Below, piece after piece: positions 50,425 to 63,917 of a DNA stretch of 64,000 bases; the stretch's first letter is position 1, and each line of letters opens with the position of its first letter. Made by a program: the position numbers and the translations under genes. The notes beneath the pieces were generated by a model. It saw only the letters and a program-made list of their open reading frames with translations, was not told where the DNA came from and made no database searches. This stretch comes from Macrostomum lignano (Eukaryota), in contig NIVC01002216.1 in assembly GCA_002269645.1 (NCBI GenBank), positions 127,655 through 191,654 of the forward strand. Reading direction: 5' to 3'.

Positions 50425-53400
50425 GTTGGCGAGCTGTCTCAGCCAAAGTCAACAGGCCTCTTTGTTGGAATTCGAGACAAGTTGCTTGAAACTGCCCCGA
50501 GGCTGTCAGGCTGCTCCTATTTAACTCAATGTCCGTTGCAATTCGTCTTGGCGTGTCTCAAACCCCGAAAAATTCGACATTCGGCCGTTATTGTGCGAGT
50601 TGATGCACATCTTTGCTCTGCTCAAACTGCTAGAAAGCATGCAGCCATCTATCCATTCTATTGTGTGTCTGCTCCGCTATTTTCAGGTCCCCGAATGTTT
50701 TGCTCGAAGTGCTAAGTCGTGTATACGGCGAGTGCTTTAGGCCACGAATACGTAAATAGCGACTATATCTGACATGAACAGTCTTGCAGACTTCGATGCA
50801 AACTACTCTCGTACATTCTTGCTACTGTTAGTAAGAAAGCAAGAAAAAGGCCTGTACTGAATTCTTGCGAACTTGGGTTATTATTTTAAGTGCAGTTTAA
50901 AAATAGCTTCAAAGCAGTGCAGAAGTGTTTTGCTTACGCAGGGGCAATTCTGATCCTAGATAGAGCCCTTGGCGAATTGGAATAACAAATTTATGCTGGA
51001 TGGGCCAGCCTCTCACTCAAAAGAGCAATTACAATTGAGCTGTGACGCGCTCAGCTGTTTGTCTTTTGAGTGCTTATTTTTTCCTCGCATATATTTTGCA
51101 CTTAACTCGGCGAAAACAAGTACGAGTAACAAACAGACGCATCAAGTTCGGACAGGTTTGAAGTTTGTCAATTATTTTTGCAGCAAGTCATTAGATGATG
51201 GATCTGACAAGGCGAATCAACCGATTTCAAAGGGGACATCAAATATCGGCGCCAGGAAAAAAGTAGCCTTCTAAACTCTTGCATCAAATGCAAATACAGT
51301 AGCTTTTCCTGACGCGAGGTTTTTTGTGAACTCCCAAATCCTGGCGATAAGATAAGCCTCTCTATTCTAGCCATGTACAGCTGCAATATCTGAGCAAGAA
51401 GTTCTCTATCGCTTAACTAAGCTTAAGCAAAGCTGGAATAGTCATTTTGCTTCATATGCTCACAGCCTATACAGACGCAACTACACAGAAGGCACAAGGG
51501 ACCAATTTGGCAATCTAATCAGCAAAACAAATGCTGCTATCAGTTTAATTTTAAATAATCGCGTTTGTTTAAATTCGAGCCGCAGAAAAACAACTTTCTG
51601 TAGCCTGTGCGCTGCTTTCAATTAGACAGCCCAGTCCAGTGTACAATTTGTTTGAATTTTGCGCATACCTTTATAACTCTGCGCTGCCCACCAAAACAAG
51701 CAATAAAAAGCTGAAAGAGTAGCAAGGCGTACTTTCTTCCGTAGTTGGACTTGTTTTCGGCGCTGACTCGCTGGCGGAAGGTATCAATAACTGGCTAGCT
51801 TTGTCAGAAAAGTACGAACGAGGACCAACACGCAGAGGGGAATAAATCATAGGGCTCAGAATCTACATCCTGATCCAGCAAAATAAATGCGTACTTGATG
51901 AGCTTCCGTGCCGGAGTGGTTCGCGGATTCAAAGTGCTCAAAAGATTTTCCATTAGGGCAGGGCTTCCTGCTGAGAAACAAATAAGAACACTGGCACTGC
52001 TGATTTCTATTTATAAGAACAAATTTACAAAGACAATCAGTACTTGAAATCTACATGGCTGAAGGACAAATGAAAAGGGCAAGTTTTGCACTAGACCGTT
52101 TTACTGATCGCATGGCAAATGGAAAACACGTTTCAAGTTGCAGGTGGTTCACCGCCTTTAAGCCAACATTCCCTGTAACCAACAGCGCAATAGTGTTGTT
52201 TACCTGTTTTAGCAGTAAAATTCTGGCCGCAGTGCAGGTGCACTGCAAACTTCTTGACCACCCCCAGACTCTGCATAGGGCTGGCAGTGAATCCGTTTCT
52301 AAAATTTCTAAGCAAAAGAATACCTAATAGTCGGTCCTTTGAAATTCAGAAAACCCTGATAATTTCATTTCTCACACAGTTCGTCTTTCCTGCTAACTCG
52401 TAAAGGTAACCCGGGGAGATAAGAGCCGAACAAAATCGAGAGGTCACCACGTAAGCTGCACATGAAGAAAAACAGAGAAATTCAAGTACAACGCGCCCTA
52501 GCTTACTCCAAAATAGTTTCGAATAGACTTTCTGCATCGGTGAAAACAAATTACACGCCAGAGCGAAACTCGGTCAGGACGAAAGTTCCACCAAGTGCGG
52601 TACTTCGCTCGGACCAGGCGCGTGTAGTTCTGTGCCTACCGAGTAACCAGGTCGACTTCCATGAATCATCTTGCTCTGGCGAATCGCTCCGTGCGGCTGC
52701 ACGATGTGCCACTGTGAACTTTTATTTTCCTGCGCTGATCTGTTTTTACTTCAGACGGACACCAGAGGCAGAGGGGCTTCGGGATCTGCAGCGCCGGGGC
52801 TGATAGGGATGACGGCCTCGGTGCTGCACTATTTGCGCAGCCAGCTAGGGACGCTGTAAACAACACTTGGGTCGACCGAATTTCGGTACTTGTACCCGAG
52901 GCACTCGTAAATAATAAACTGGTGCACAAAGAGTACATTTGCAGCGCTTGTTAGATTATATAGCTTCTGACAGTAACACGTCGAAAAAGCATAAAGCAGT
53001 TCAAGGATATAATCTGTTCCCGAATCGAGGTTAACATACTTTGCCTTTGTCTCTCCGTTTGTTCAGAATTCTGAAACTTCAATCCCGGACACAGGAGCAC
53101 ACAGGATTCAACTGTGCTGTTTTGAACAGATAGTTGATGACAGAGAAAGTCCAGAACGAAAATTTTAGACTCGTGTCAAATATTTTCTTCCCCCTTCTAT
53201 ATTCGACAGATAATCGTAACTATTCTGGTGCTTTTTTGAAACCAGACCCTGAAAGACAAAAAATATTTTTTTATATGCCGAACCAAAACATGGCCGGTCT
53301 GTGCTTTCAGTGCACAATACAATCGAATTTGCTTCAAAATATATATTAAATACAACAAACAAAACATAGGCCCATATCACATCAATGTTATTATTAGTGG

Positions 53401-53966
53401 CCATCGAAGCGACAAGCAAAAAGATCCAACAGCAGCAAATGAAATGGCGCTAAAGTACATTACGAGTGTACTGTTAATCGTGCATTGTGAGACATTCATA
53501 GATCGGCGCAAACTTTATGAAGCCACTGAATCTACAGCAAAGCCCATGCAGTCCAGTGTTTTGCTGAATTCAAGTAATTATCATTAGATAATGTGTAGAT
53601 AGTGCGCAAAAGGGGCTGTACGATTTGTGATTGAATGGAATTTGAAAGTATTCAGTAATACAACATCAAAATGCGAAAAAGCGCAGATACACACATTAGG
53701 AAAAGTTGGCCAGCATACTGTAGCCGTCTGCATAAGATTTATAGATTTTACGGTGAAACAAGTCATCAAACACAACGCGCAATAACTTTTAGACGAATGA
53801 CATAAGTACGATCGTAGTTATTTTCATGTAGAGTTCAAAACAAAAGCTGTGACTCGATTAAGAGGCTTTGAAACAAGTGGAGTTGCACTTTAAAAAAATG
53901 AAGATTGTCTGTCTGATTTCTTTGTTTTTCTTGCAAAGTTTTTACTGCATTAAATTTTTCGAACCG

Positions 53967-56224
53967 CTATTGTTCTCGTTGTTGTTGTTGTTGTTGCTGC
54001 TGCTGTTGCTGCTGCTGCGGTCGTTGTTGATCTACACCCCGTTGCATAAGCATGTCATCAACTCGACTCGGGCCCATCCAGTAGTAATCGTCGTTCAGAA
54101 CCTCTCCCTGCTTCGGCTCCGGCTCAGCTTCCTTAGCCTCCTTTGATTTCTCAGCTGCCGGGCCCAGTGACATCGGTACGTAGTTGCCGCACTCCTCGGG
54201 CGCTCCAGCCTCCACTAACGACTGCAGCTCCGTGCTAAACTCCCCATATCGAGCAAGAGCCTCTTCAACGGTCTTTGGTGTTGGTACCTGACCATTCAAT
54301 CGATAGGCGCTTCGGTTACCATATGAACCAGTCCGAGATCGAAAACCCAGGCGGTAGCGCGAAGCGTCGCTTCGCGTCCGCGGCCGGCCGAAGCTCATCT
54401 CGACGAAAACCTGCCGATCCTCGCGATGACCAGCAGTTTGCGATGGCTCGCCGTAATAGGACGGCACCGAGTAGGAGGAGGGCAGGTAGCTGCCAGGACG
54501 GGTTGCTTGCGGACGGTCTCCGATGCTGTTGGCTCTGGAGCCCAGTAATAGCGAAGCGGTGCCCTGACATGCCTGCAGGTTGTTGAAGTGCCAAGAAGCA
54601 ACGCGTGCAGCGGCACAGTAGTCATCGCTACCAGACTGAGGGCTGTGCCGACCAGTTTGCTGGGCGTCTGCCAAAGATAGAAAAAGGAATTGTAATTCTC
54701 ATTCGCTTTGGCTGATCGATCTACGCTTTCATGCTTTACTATGACTACTTGAGCAGCCGGGGCCAATCATGCGATGTAACTTAGTTTAAATAGACAAATG
54801 GAGTTTTCCACGAACCATTCAACAAATTAACTTCTTGGACAGTGCTATTTTCTTTCGAAGAAAGTCTTTTACACAATAATAGTGTAGAATTACCTGCTGC
54901 TGAAGAGGCACTGTCAGGCTCTCCCGCCTGTTCACTTTTGCCAGAGAGTGAGCTGGAAGAATTCAGCGACTGGTTGTTCTGCGCCTGCGACCGGGACGCT
55001 TCCTGCGTTAGGTCCCTGCTGAGGTCGCAGTAATCGTCGAAGTTGTCGCCGAGCGGCTGGCTGTGTGTCCGCTGGCCGTCAGACAGGCTCCCGCCCAGCC
55101 TGCCGTAGGTTCTCTCAGAGAATGTGCTGCAGAAGTACAGGGCGATGATCTTTGAGTTAAATAAACGCATATGTATGCTTATCTTCTGATTGTACGAGTG
55201 TTAAAGTAGGACTCACCTGATCGATTTGGATTCGTGTTGACTGGCGTACCTCATGCTGCTTCCCCGCCGCACAATGGTCTGCAGCGAGTCCGAGTGCTGG
55301 ACTGGGAGGTCGGTGCTGCCCCTTGAGTTGCGGCGAGCACGCCGGTTTTTTGGCTTCCCACCATCTGGCGGTGCTTGTCCCTTGTGGTCAGTGAGGCAGC
55401 GGAACAGCGCATCTGTCAGTTCCTTCTGCATGCTGCTGTGCTCCACCTGTCAATCGAGGCCGTAGTGGAGAAAATAATTTTTTTTGGCTCCAGAAAGTCT
55501 AAAAAGACTTTTTTCTGGCAACCAAACTCATTCAGCTTACCTTGAAGCGAAGCTCGCCTTCTCCCAGAGGGCTCAGCCGACCAAGATTGATCTCGAAGGC
55601 AGTGGAACTGTTGACTACATGGCCGATGCCGCGGATGCACGGGTAGGGCAGGCAGAGCTCGGGATTAAGAAGGTTCTCCTTCACGAGGAGCACAGCGGAC
55701 TGCGTGAGGCAAAATCTGTACTGACCCGGTAAGTCGGGCTTGCCGTGTTTTTCCACAGCCGAGGCGAGTTTCACGGGTTTGAGGGTGACGCTGTAGCAGC
55801 TGAGCAGCTCCGGCCAGCGACAGTTGCGCTTCACGTTGTAGATTTCGCTCAGATGGAAATACCAGCGATTCAGTTCATCCTCAGAAGAGAATTTCAGAAA
55901 TAGTGCGTCCTCCTGAAAGCAGACGCCTAGCACGGTGTTGTTCTTTCCCTTAGTGCATCGGGACAGCAGGATCACGCCACTCAAGTTGTAGAAATGCTTC
56001 GGTTCGTTTTTCTGGTAGCTCTTCTCGTTTTTAAACATGTAGAGATAGTAGTCCACCAGCGCCTTGCCACCCTGGAAATCCCAGGGAGAGGCCTTGGGCA
56101 CCGACTTGAGCACAAAGAAGCGCTCCTTACCGGTCCGCAGGACGCGAATGTAGCCGAATGCGATGATGCTTTCGCCCGGAACGCTGCTGCCCAGAGAACC
56201 GTTGCTGCGCTGACTGTCCGGCAT
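53967..56224 (-). CDS. IRS: Insulin receptor substrate (IRS/chico)-like adaptor: PH + IRS-type PTB + tail with YXXM; 4 exons (56224-55541, 55446-55217, 55126-54894, 54667-53967), 615 aa
   Basis: PH (FGYIRVLRTGKERFFVL...ELNRWYFHL) and PTB (GQYRFCLT...CIRGIGH...FEINLGRLSPLGEGEL). Tail contains NYVPM and DYYWM. Phases 0/2/1 are consistent. Confidence 0.85.
53979..54018 (-). repeat. Coding (CAG/CAA)n polyglutamine tract at the IRS C-terminus
   Basis: 13 consecutive Gln just before REQ*. Confidence 0.9.
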
Positions 56225-58136
56225 TTTCGCTGTGCTTTGCTCCTTTAACTTCAGAGACTGTTCAAAAGGCTTTGATACCTATGCCGCAGGTGTTTAAATA
56301 AAGGAGTAAGCCGGCTTTGTTTTGCTTTTCTGCTTTTAAAACGCCACGCTTTGCCCGCCTCACACGCCCCGCCTCCGTGTATTTTGAACACAAAAAACAC
56401 TCGCTCGATGGAGGCCTCCCTAAGCTACTCTCCTTTTCCTGACCAATGAAATCGCACGTAAACAAAAACTGGTAAATCTTCGCTGCTTTCCACTCTCTGC
56501 CTCTCCTGAAAATGCTAGCAGCTAATGGCATATCTTGGTCTTGGCGCACTATTATTAGAGGAGAAGTGTAAACAAAGTCGGGCTGAGGGCGGTGAGGGCA
56601 GGCATTGGGGTTGTGCTTGGAAATTGCAAGGCCGCGCGGCCCGCAGCTTCGGTCGCAGCTCTACCGTTCCTCCCTCCACGGGGGAGTGAATTAGCTCCGA
56701 GGGCGGACTGTACGGCGCAGTGTGGGAGGGCCGCCGGGGCAGGAGTTTTCCGGGCCACGCGCCCGTCCAGTCATACTGAGGTGCAGTCAGCGTTCGGGCA
56801 ACTCTACCCAGGACCCACACGTGCTGCCGTACACTAAGCCCCTTCCACTGTACACTGGGGGGTCTAGCTGCATCCAAAACGCGCTCAATGCTGTCCCGGC
56901 ATGCAATCCATTTACCTCTTTCCTTTGAGCCACGTCCTCCGTCTGCAGGCGCAGTCACATTGGGTACTAGCGTAGGCAGCGAAAACACTGCATGCACTGA
57001 CCCCACGCCAGTCACAACAACATCGTCAACCCCAGGCTTTTGCTAGCGGTTCACACTGGCAGGCTGTTTATCACAGTTTAAACTGTCTCCTATCTTTACT
57101 GTTCAGCGCGGAAACAATCGATGACTTAGTCATGAATCCAGGGCGATAGCCAGAGCAACGGCACTGTTTTTGTCCAGCTTCTGGGTTATTTTTAGATTCT
57201 TCCCGCGGCGCTAAATTTATGGGTGACTGGGTAATTGTGGATTGAAAAAGAAAAACTTTCCCCACAGGACAAATAAAGGTTGAAGTTAAAAAGCATCAAA
57301 ACAAAATCACATCTATTGAGTTAGCAATATAGCGCCTGAACTATTTTTAGCTCCGGCAGGAGCTGCTGACTTGGATCGGAAACTCGAATGGAGCGGAATG
57401 GGAACTCTGGCTGCTATATCTGGGGCTGCTGAGATTGGATGATGATAATTTTGTTATTGCATCCCGCCCACGCCCCACCAGGGCCGGCAGCACAAATTAG
57501 TTTCCTTCTATAGTTTTTGGACGTCATTGTTCCAACATTCTATTGACGTCATGTTTTCAGCTTAGCTTTTCTTTCTCAAGCTAAGAATAGCAACTGGCAG
57601 CTTTCTAATCAATCTAAGCAAAAATTGATACAGTTCTGAATATTTCTTCAACCCAGCTGACACTTCATTTCATAACGGATTAATAAGCTGCGGCTGAGGG
57701 AGCCGTGCGATCTCGCAGAAGTCGTTGTTGGACTGTAGTAGCAAATATGAAAGTAGGATTATGAAAAAGATTCATTGAATTCTGATTGCAGCTAAAGCAG
57801 ACCGGTTTAGAGAACGAACGCGTTGCGGGCCTGCGTAAACAAGCCCGATTCGACCTGACCTCAAACCACGTGGGGTCATGCGACTTTCCAGGCACTAAAC
57901 ATGGACAACTGCAGTTGAAGGACGCCGCATTCAATTTTCTTAGAAATCAGCTGGAATCAGGTGGGGAACGCATATCTGCCGTATCGCATTATCCCACGTT
58001 GTACGCTCATCATTCAACACTTTGAAATCGTTATTTAAGGCTACAAAAATACATTGATGAGACAATGTTGTGCCTGGGCATATGGTACTGTCTGCCTCTA
58101 GAACCAAAGAACATGAAAAAAACTATAGACTACTTC

Positions 58137-59340
58137 CATTTCATTCGATTGGGCGCCACTTTATATGACTGGGCTCCATTTTATATGATTGAGCGCCATT
58201 TCATTCGATTGGGCGCTATTTCATTCGATTAGGCGTCATTTCATATAATTGAGCGCCATTTTATTTGATTGGGCGCCATTTCATTCGATTGGGTGCCACT
58301 TTATATGATTGAGCGCCATTTAATTCGATTGGCGCCATTTCATATGATTTGGCGCCATTTCATTCCATTGGGTGCCACTTTATATGATTGGGCGCCATTT
58401 CACTCGATTGGGTGCCATTTCCTTCAGCTGGACGCCACTTCATATGATTGAGTGCCATTTCCTTCAGCTGGACGCCACTTCATATGATTGAGTGCCATTT
58501 CCTTAAGCTGGAGGCCATTTCATATGGTTGAGCGCCATTTAATTCGATTGACGCTATTTCATATAACTTGGCGCCATTTCATTCGATTAGGTGCCACTTT
58601 ATATGACAGGGTGCCATATCATTCGATTGGGCACCATTTCATTCAGCTGGACGCCACTTCATATGATTGAGCGCCATTTCATTCAATTAGGCGCCATCTC
58701 ATATAATTGAGTGCCATTTCATTCGACAGGGCGCCATTTCATATGATTTTGCGCCATTTCATCGATTGGGTGCCACTTTATATGACTGGCTGCCATGCCA
58801 CTTAATTCGATTGGACGCCATTTCATTCGGTTGGGTGCCATTTCATATGATTGAGCGCCATTTCATTCAATTAGGCGCCATCTCATATAATTGAGTGCCA
58901 TTTCATTCGACAGGGCGCCATTTCATATGATTTTGCGCCATTTCATCGATTGGGTGCCACTTTATATGACTGGCTGCCATGCCACTTAATTCGATTGGAC
59001 GCCATTTCATTCGGTTGGGTGCCATTTCATATGATTGAGCGCCATTTCATTCAGCTGGACGCCATTTCATATGATTGATCGCCATTTCATATGATTGAGC
59101 GCCATTTCATTCGATTGACGCTATTTCATATGACTTGGCGCCATTTCATTCGATTGGGTGCCACTTTATATGACTGGGCGCCATTTTATTCGATTGGGCG
59201 CCATTTTATTCAGCTGGACACCACTTCATATGATTGAGCGCCATTTCATTCAGCTGGACGCCATTTCATATGATTGAGCGCAATTTCATTCAGCTGGACG
59301 CCATTTCATATGATTAGGCGCTATCATATGACTGGGCGCC
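58137..59340. repeat. Degenerate 19/20-bp alternating minisatellite (GCGCCATTTCATTCGATTG / GCGCCATTTCATATGATTGA)
   Basis: Directly visible; contains a 184-bp higher-order duplication. Confidence 0.92.
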
Positions 59341-60021
59341 AGCACGATGGGGGGCCGGCCCCTTATGCACGATATGAAGTTAAGAAGTGATAATCGGTAT
59401 TACATGTAGATGCCGTAATTCCCTGGCCAGGTCTGAACTCAATACCTAATAAACAAGATCGAAGAAACTTGCTTGGGAATTAAATAGGGATTATTATTGC
59501 CAGCAGTAGGGAAAAGTCTCTTTGGAAATGATGACAGCTCAATCAAATATTGAGCAGGTGCGTGAAAACCAGTTCGGTATCAAATTCGATTCGACTCGAC
59601 ATGGGGCAGCTCAAAGCCGGATGTCGGGCTGGAAAGAGATTAAAGAAGCGGCATTGCTGTTTTTGTGCTTGGAAATTGAGACAGAATGGGGAATAGGGAA
59701 ATTTTCAGCAAGGTTGAGTCGGTGATGTTGATGGACAGGCAAGGGGATCTGGCGCTCTTATATTGTTAGATTGCGCTTGCTATTATAATGCACATAAAGA
59801 CAATTTAAAAACAGTTATTTGATATAATTCCTTTGTTTAAATAAAGCACTTCGGTCTTTATTATATATTAGTCCTATCTTTACTACTAGCGGTAGGAATT
59901 TGTTTTAAAGATTCTTTTCAAAAAACTGAGTGGGTAGACGAATTCAGTGGTTGGTCGGGTTTGTCAAGAAGGTGAAATATAAATAGTTTGGCATCTCTCA
60001 GCAATGGCTGCTTCAAAATTG

Positions 60022-60663
60022 GCCCCTGGTGCTGGCGCCCTTGATGCTGGCGCCCCTGGTGCTGGTGGCCCTGGTGCTGGCGCCCCTGGTGCTGGTGGCC
60101 CTGGTGCTGGCGCCCTTGATGCTGGCGCCCCTGGTGCTGGCGCCCCTGGTGCTGGCGCCCCTGGTGCTGGCGCCCCTGGTGCTGGCGCCCCTGGTGCTGG
60201 CGCCCCTGGTGCTGGCGCCCCTGGTGCTGGCGCCCCTGGTGCTGGCGCCCCTGGTGCTGGCGCCCCTGGTGCTGGCGCCCCTGGTGCTGGCGCCCCTGGT
60301 GCTGGCGCCCCTGGTGCTGGCGCCCCTGGTGCTGGCGCCCCTGGTGCTGGCGCCCCTGGTGCTGGCGCCCCTGGTGCTGGCGCCCCTGGTGCTGGCGCCC
60401 CTGGTGCTGGCGCCCCTGGTGCTGGCGCCCCTGGTGCTGGCGCCCCTGGTGCTGGTGGCCCTGGTGCTGGCGCCCTTGATGCTGGCGCCCCTGGTGCTGG
60501 CGCCCCTGGTGCTGGCGCCCCTGGTGCTGGCGCCCTTTGGTGCTGGCGCCTCTTGGTGTTAAAGCCCCTGGTGCTGGTGCCCCTGTTGCTGGCGGCCCTG
60601 GTGCTGGCGCCCCTGGTGCTGGCATCCTTTGGTGCTGGCGCCTCTTGGTGCTAAAGCCCCTGG
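60022..60663. repeat. 15-bp GC-rich minisatellite (GGCGCCCCTGGTGCT), ~40 copies
   Basis: Directly visible; essentially no synonymous variation. Confidence 0.97.
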
Positions 60664-61300
60664 TGAAAAATTAACCTGACCATATACAACGGATGAAAAT
60701 CTTTTACAATTTTAATACCAGCAGTCAACTAAAATTGAGTGTAAAGTCCTTCGACTTCAGTGGTCCATGGTCAATGCTCGTATCTATTGCTAGCCATTTT
60801 TGCTACAATCGGATTGAAAGATTGATAAAGTTTCATAGACTACTGCCAGTAGCATAGGAAGGTGTTAATCATAATAATGCAGAATCTGTTGCCTGAGTTT
60901 TTTTAACCAGCGCATCCACTTTGTTTGAATTCACAGCCCGCCACTAGCGCGGCATCGATAGCATTTTTGACAAAAAAGTACAGAGCTGAGTTTTCAAAAG
61001 AAATTTTCCACTGTTTCCTGGATCTACGTGGGTGTCTCCTTGATTTTCCTATTCGCTGGATTCAGTAACCATGGCAACCAAGGTAACGTGGAAAAATATA
61101 CAAATCATAAAGACTGGAGCAGAGGAGACGAAGGAGAGCTAAGGTGAGAATTCAATGATAAAAGACAGTCGAAGGGGGTCCCTCGTATCGCAGAGTTCTG
61201 CTCCTCAGCTGAGCCGCTACCCATCTGGGCTGACTTATCGAAGCAAATTCGACGCAAATTACGGACTGCTGCAGCCACTGCTACTCAGGTTCGCAGCTCG

Positions 61301-63194
61301 ATGCTCTCAGCTTTGCTGACTTGGGCCGCTGTGACGATTGCCGGAGCGCAAGGTAAACCAATTATGCTATTGAAGAGCTTGTGGACTTACTCGTAGAAAC
61401 GTAAATTAATCGTTTGTCTGCCCCTCTGCAGGATCTGCTCCCGGTCCGTATGTCACCTTCGCTGCTCACCAGGTGGCGGCGTTCGACGCAGGCGATGCGG
61501 CCTCGCCTCCGGTGGCCGTGAAGCTCCCGTGGCGGTGGAATGACACCAATTTCAATGGACAGTTTTACTCAGACGGCTACAGTGCTACGGACTACTTTGT
61601 GTTCACTTTTCCCGTGATGCAAAAAATCTGGGGCTACAGTATCGGCAAGGGCTCCGCCGACAGTTACATCTCGCTATTCGAATTGGAGTACTCGAGTTAC
61701 ATCCTGTGGGCTTACAGTGCCCCGATTCGGAATCTTCCCGGTGTCACCTCGAACGAAACGGCCGTCGATGCAGCGGAGACGCACAATTTGCCCTTTTCCA
61801 TTGCCGCCCGAGTGCTTAGGCTGACTCCGACAGGCTTCGTTGGCAACAAGTCGCTGAAAATTGAGTTCATCGGAAAGGCTGCGGGTGAGAACAGGCCTCT
61901 AGTGATACCTCCTAAGTTTGCTTAATGAGTAGATTTGAAACTAACTGTTCTCCGCAATTGCTGCAGATTGCCCGGTCATTTCGAAGTACCGGATCGGTGC
62001 AGTGAATATTTCCAAGACAATCTTCAGCGTGAAAAAGAATGAAACTGTAATTTTTGACGACGTCTATCACGTGACCAAGGTCAACATTAGTATGAGCGGC
62101 TCGAGCTGCAGCTCGGAGCCCGTGCGAGTCAAGCTGCGCTTTCTAACCGCGGATGGTACTCCGGTGGAGGCGCCTTACGTAAGCTCAGAAATAAAAAAAA
62201 TGCTATGCAACACACTATTGCAGAAAGCGCGAGAAACGCACGCTTAATTTTTCATTGCAGATGGTGTCTTTGAAGAAGGTGATGCGATCGCCAGCGATCT
62301 GAACGCAACAATCACTGCCGGCCGGTTGAGGGTGCTCATTCTGACCCCGTCGAATTGCACGATTCGGATGTCGATTTACGGCTGCGTAGCCGACGGTAAG
62401 TGGCTCGATATAGTTCCACTAAGATTGCAACCAGTTAAACAAAGTCCTCAACACTTTGGTAAGGGTGACGCAATATTCATACTTCTGGCACTCACAGTAT
62501 ACTCCTAGATTCGATTCGGCATTTAATTAACACTATTTGGGTTCCTGAAGGGAATATTAGCTTCGGGCCTGTGCGATTCACCCTATCGATGACACAATGA
62601 CACAAATTTAAAATACTGCCTGCCTTCATTAGCATTTTAGCATTCATAATGCTATGAATGAATTGCATTACTACCTCCTATTACCTCTAACCTATATGAC
62701 TTACGTTACTATATATGATGTAAACTATGGTTTCGATGCAGTTAATAAAAACTGCCTACTACGAATGACGCACACGGTTTCAGAGTGCCCGGGCTCCTCA
62801 GTCTACCTGAATGGTCTCTGCTACTATGCAGGCACCGATCGCGCGGGGCCCCGCCACCGCAACATCACCCAGCAGCTCTGCAGCGGCATCGAGTGGGGCT
62901 CGCGCGGTCGCATTTTCACGCCGAACTCCTTCGAAGCGAACATCATGGTGACGCTGGCTTCACTTCAGGATGGAACGGACGATCCTTACAGCGTGTTTGT
63001 CGGTGTGGTCTATGATAACAGTAGCGACTCCTGGGTGCTGGACGGCACGCAGGACAAGCCGGGGGGATGGCTTGGGACGCCCGAAACCCTGAATACGGGC
63101 ACTGGCTCGCCACGAGCATGGCAGGGCTCGAGCTCTGGACCTCGCATCTGTCTGAGGGGACATCTTGCAAGCACGCTTTGTGAGACGAAGCCAG
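61301..63194 (+). CDS. Secreted/cell-surface protein with two discoidin (F5/8 type C)-like domains and a C-type-lectin-like domain; exons 61301-61352, 61432-61884, 61967-~62154, 62261-62395, 62784-63194; 3' end outside the window
   Basis: Signal-peptide exon, SYISLFELEYS...PFSIAARVLRLTPTGFVGNKSLKIEFIG, TITAGRLRVLI...IRMSIYGC, and CPGSSVYLNGLCYY...LCSG...VFVGVVY...WVLDG. The exon-3 donor is uncertain. Confidence 0.7.
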
Positions 63195-63392
63195 GTAAAA
63201 TGCAGATTCAAGTGTGTTTTAAGCTTTTTTATCTAATTGATAGAATACGCCTCTGAAATTGATTTGGATCAGTAAATTCGCTCATTCTCACATCCTCCTA
63301 ACTTTTGGGAGTCTCCAAAAGAGCTCGGCAACTCCAGAATTTCCATGGCTTTTATGTATGTCTATTCAACACATAGCTTTAATCTATCTGGG

Positions 63393-63917
63393 GATACTTG
63401 CTATTTGGGAGGATGTTTGCTATCAGGGGGATGCTTGCTATCTGGGGATGTTTGCTATCTGGGGGATGCTTGCTATCTGGGGGATGCTTGCTATCTGGGG
63501 GGATGCTTGCTATCTGGGGGGATGCTTGCTATCTGGGGGATGTTTGCTATCTGGGGGATGTTTGCTATCTGGGGATGCTTGCTGTCTGGGGGATGTTTGC
63601 TATCTGGGGGATGCTTGCTATCTGGGGATGTTTGCTATCTGGGGGATGCTTGCTATCTGGGGGGATGTTTGCTATCTGGGGGATGCTTGCTATCTGGGGG
63701 GATGTTTGCTATCTGGGGGGATGTTTGCTATCTGGGGATGCTTGCTATCTGGGGGGATGTTTGCTATCTGGGTGATGCTTGCTATTGGGATGTTTGCTAT
63801 CTGGGGGATGTTTGCTATCAGGGGGATGCTTGCTGTCTGGGGGATGCTTGCTATCTGGGGGATGCTTGCTATTTGGGAGGATGCTTGCGGTCTTGGGGAT
63901 GCTTGCTATTTAGGGGG
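63393..63917. repeat. ~18-20-bp minisatellite (GGATG(C/T)TTGCTATCTGGG(G)n), intronic
   Basis: Directly visible; variable G-run. Confidence 0.95.

Noticed and set aside
38891-56224. INDY and IRS proximity as a metabolic/longevity gene cluster
   Set aside because: Eukaryotic neighbours ~12 kb apart on opposite strands, separated by unrelated genes, with no evidence of co-regulation.
60004-60654. (GAPGA)n silk/elastin-like ORF and the HQGRQ and LVLAP frames
   Set aside because: A 15-bp minisatellite open in several frames with identical codons and no signal peptide or splice support. It is not Gly-X-Y collagen.
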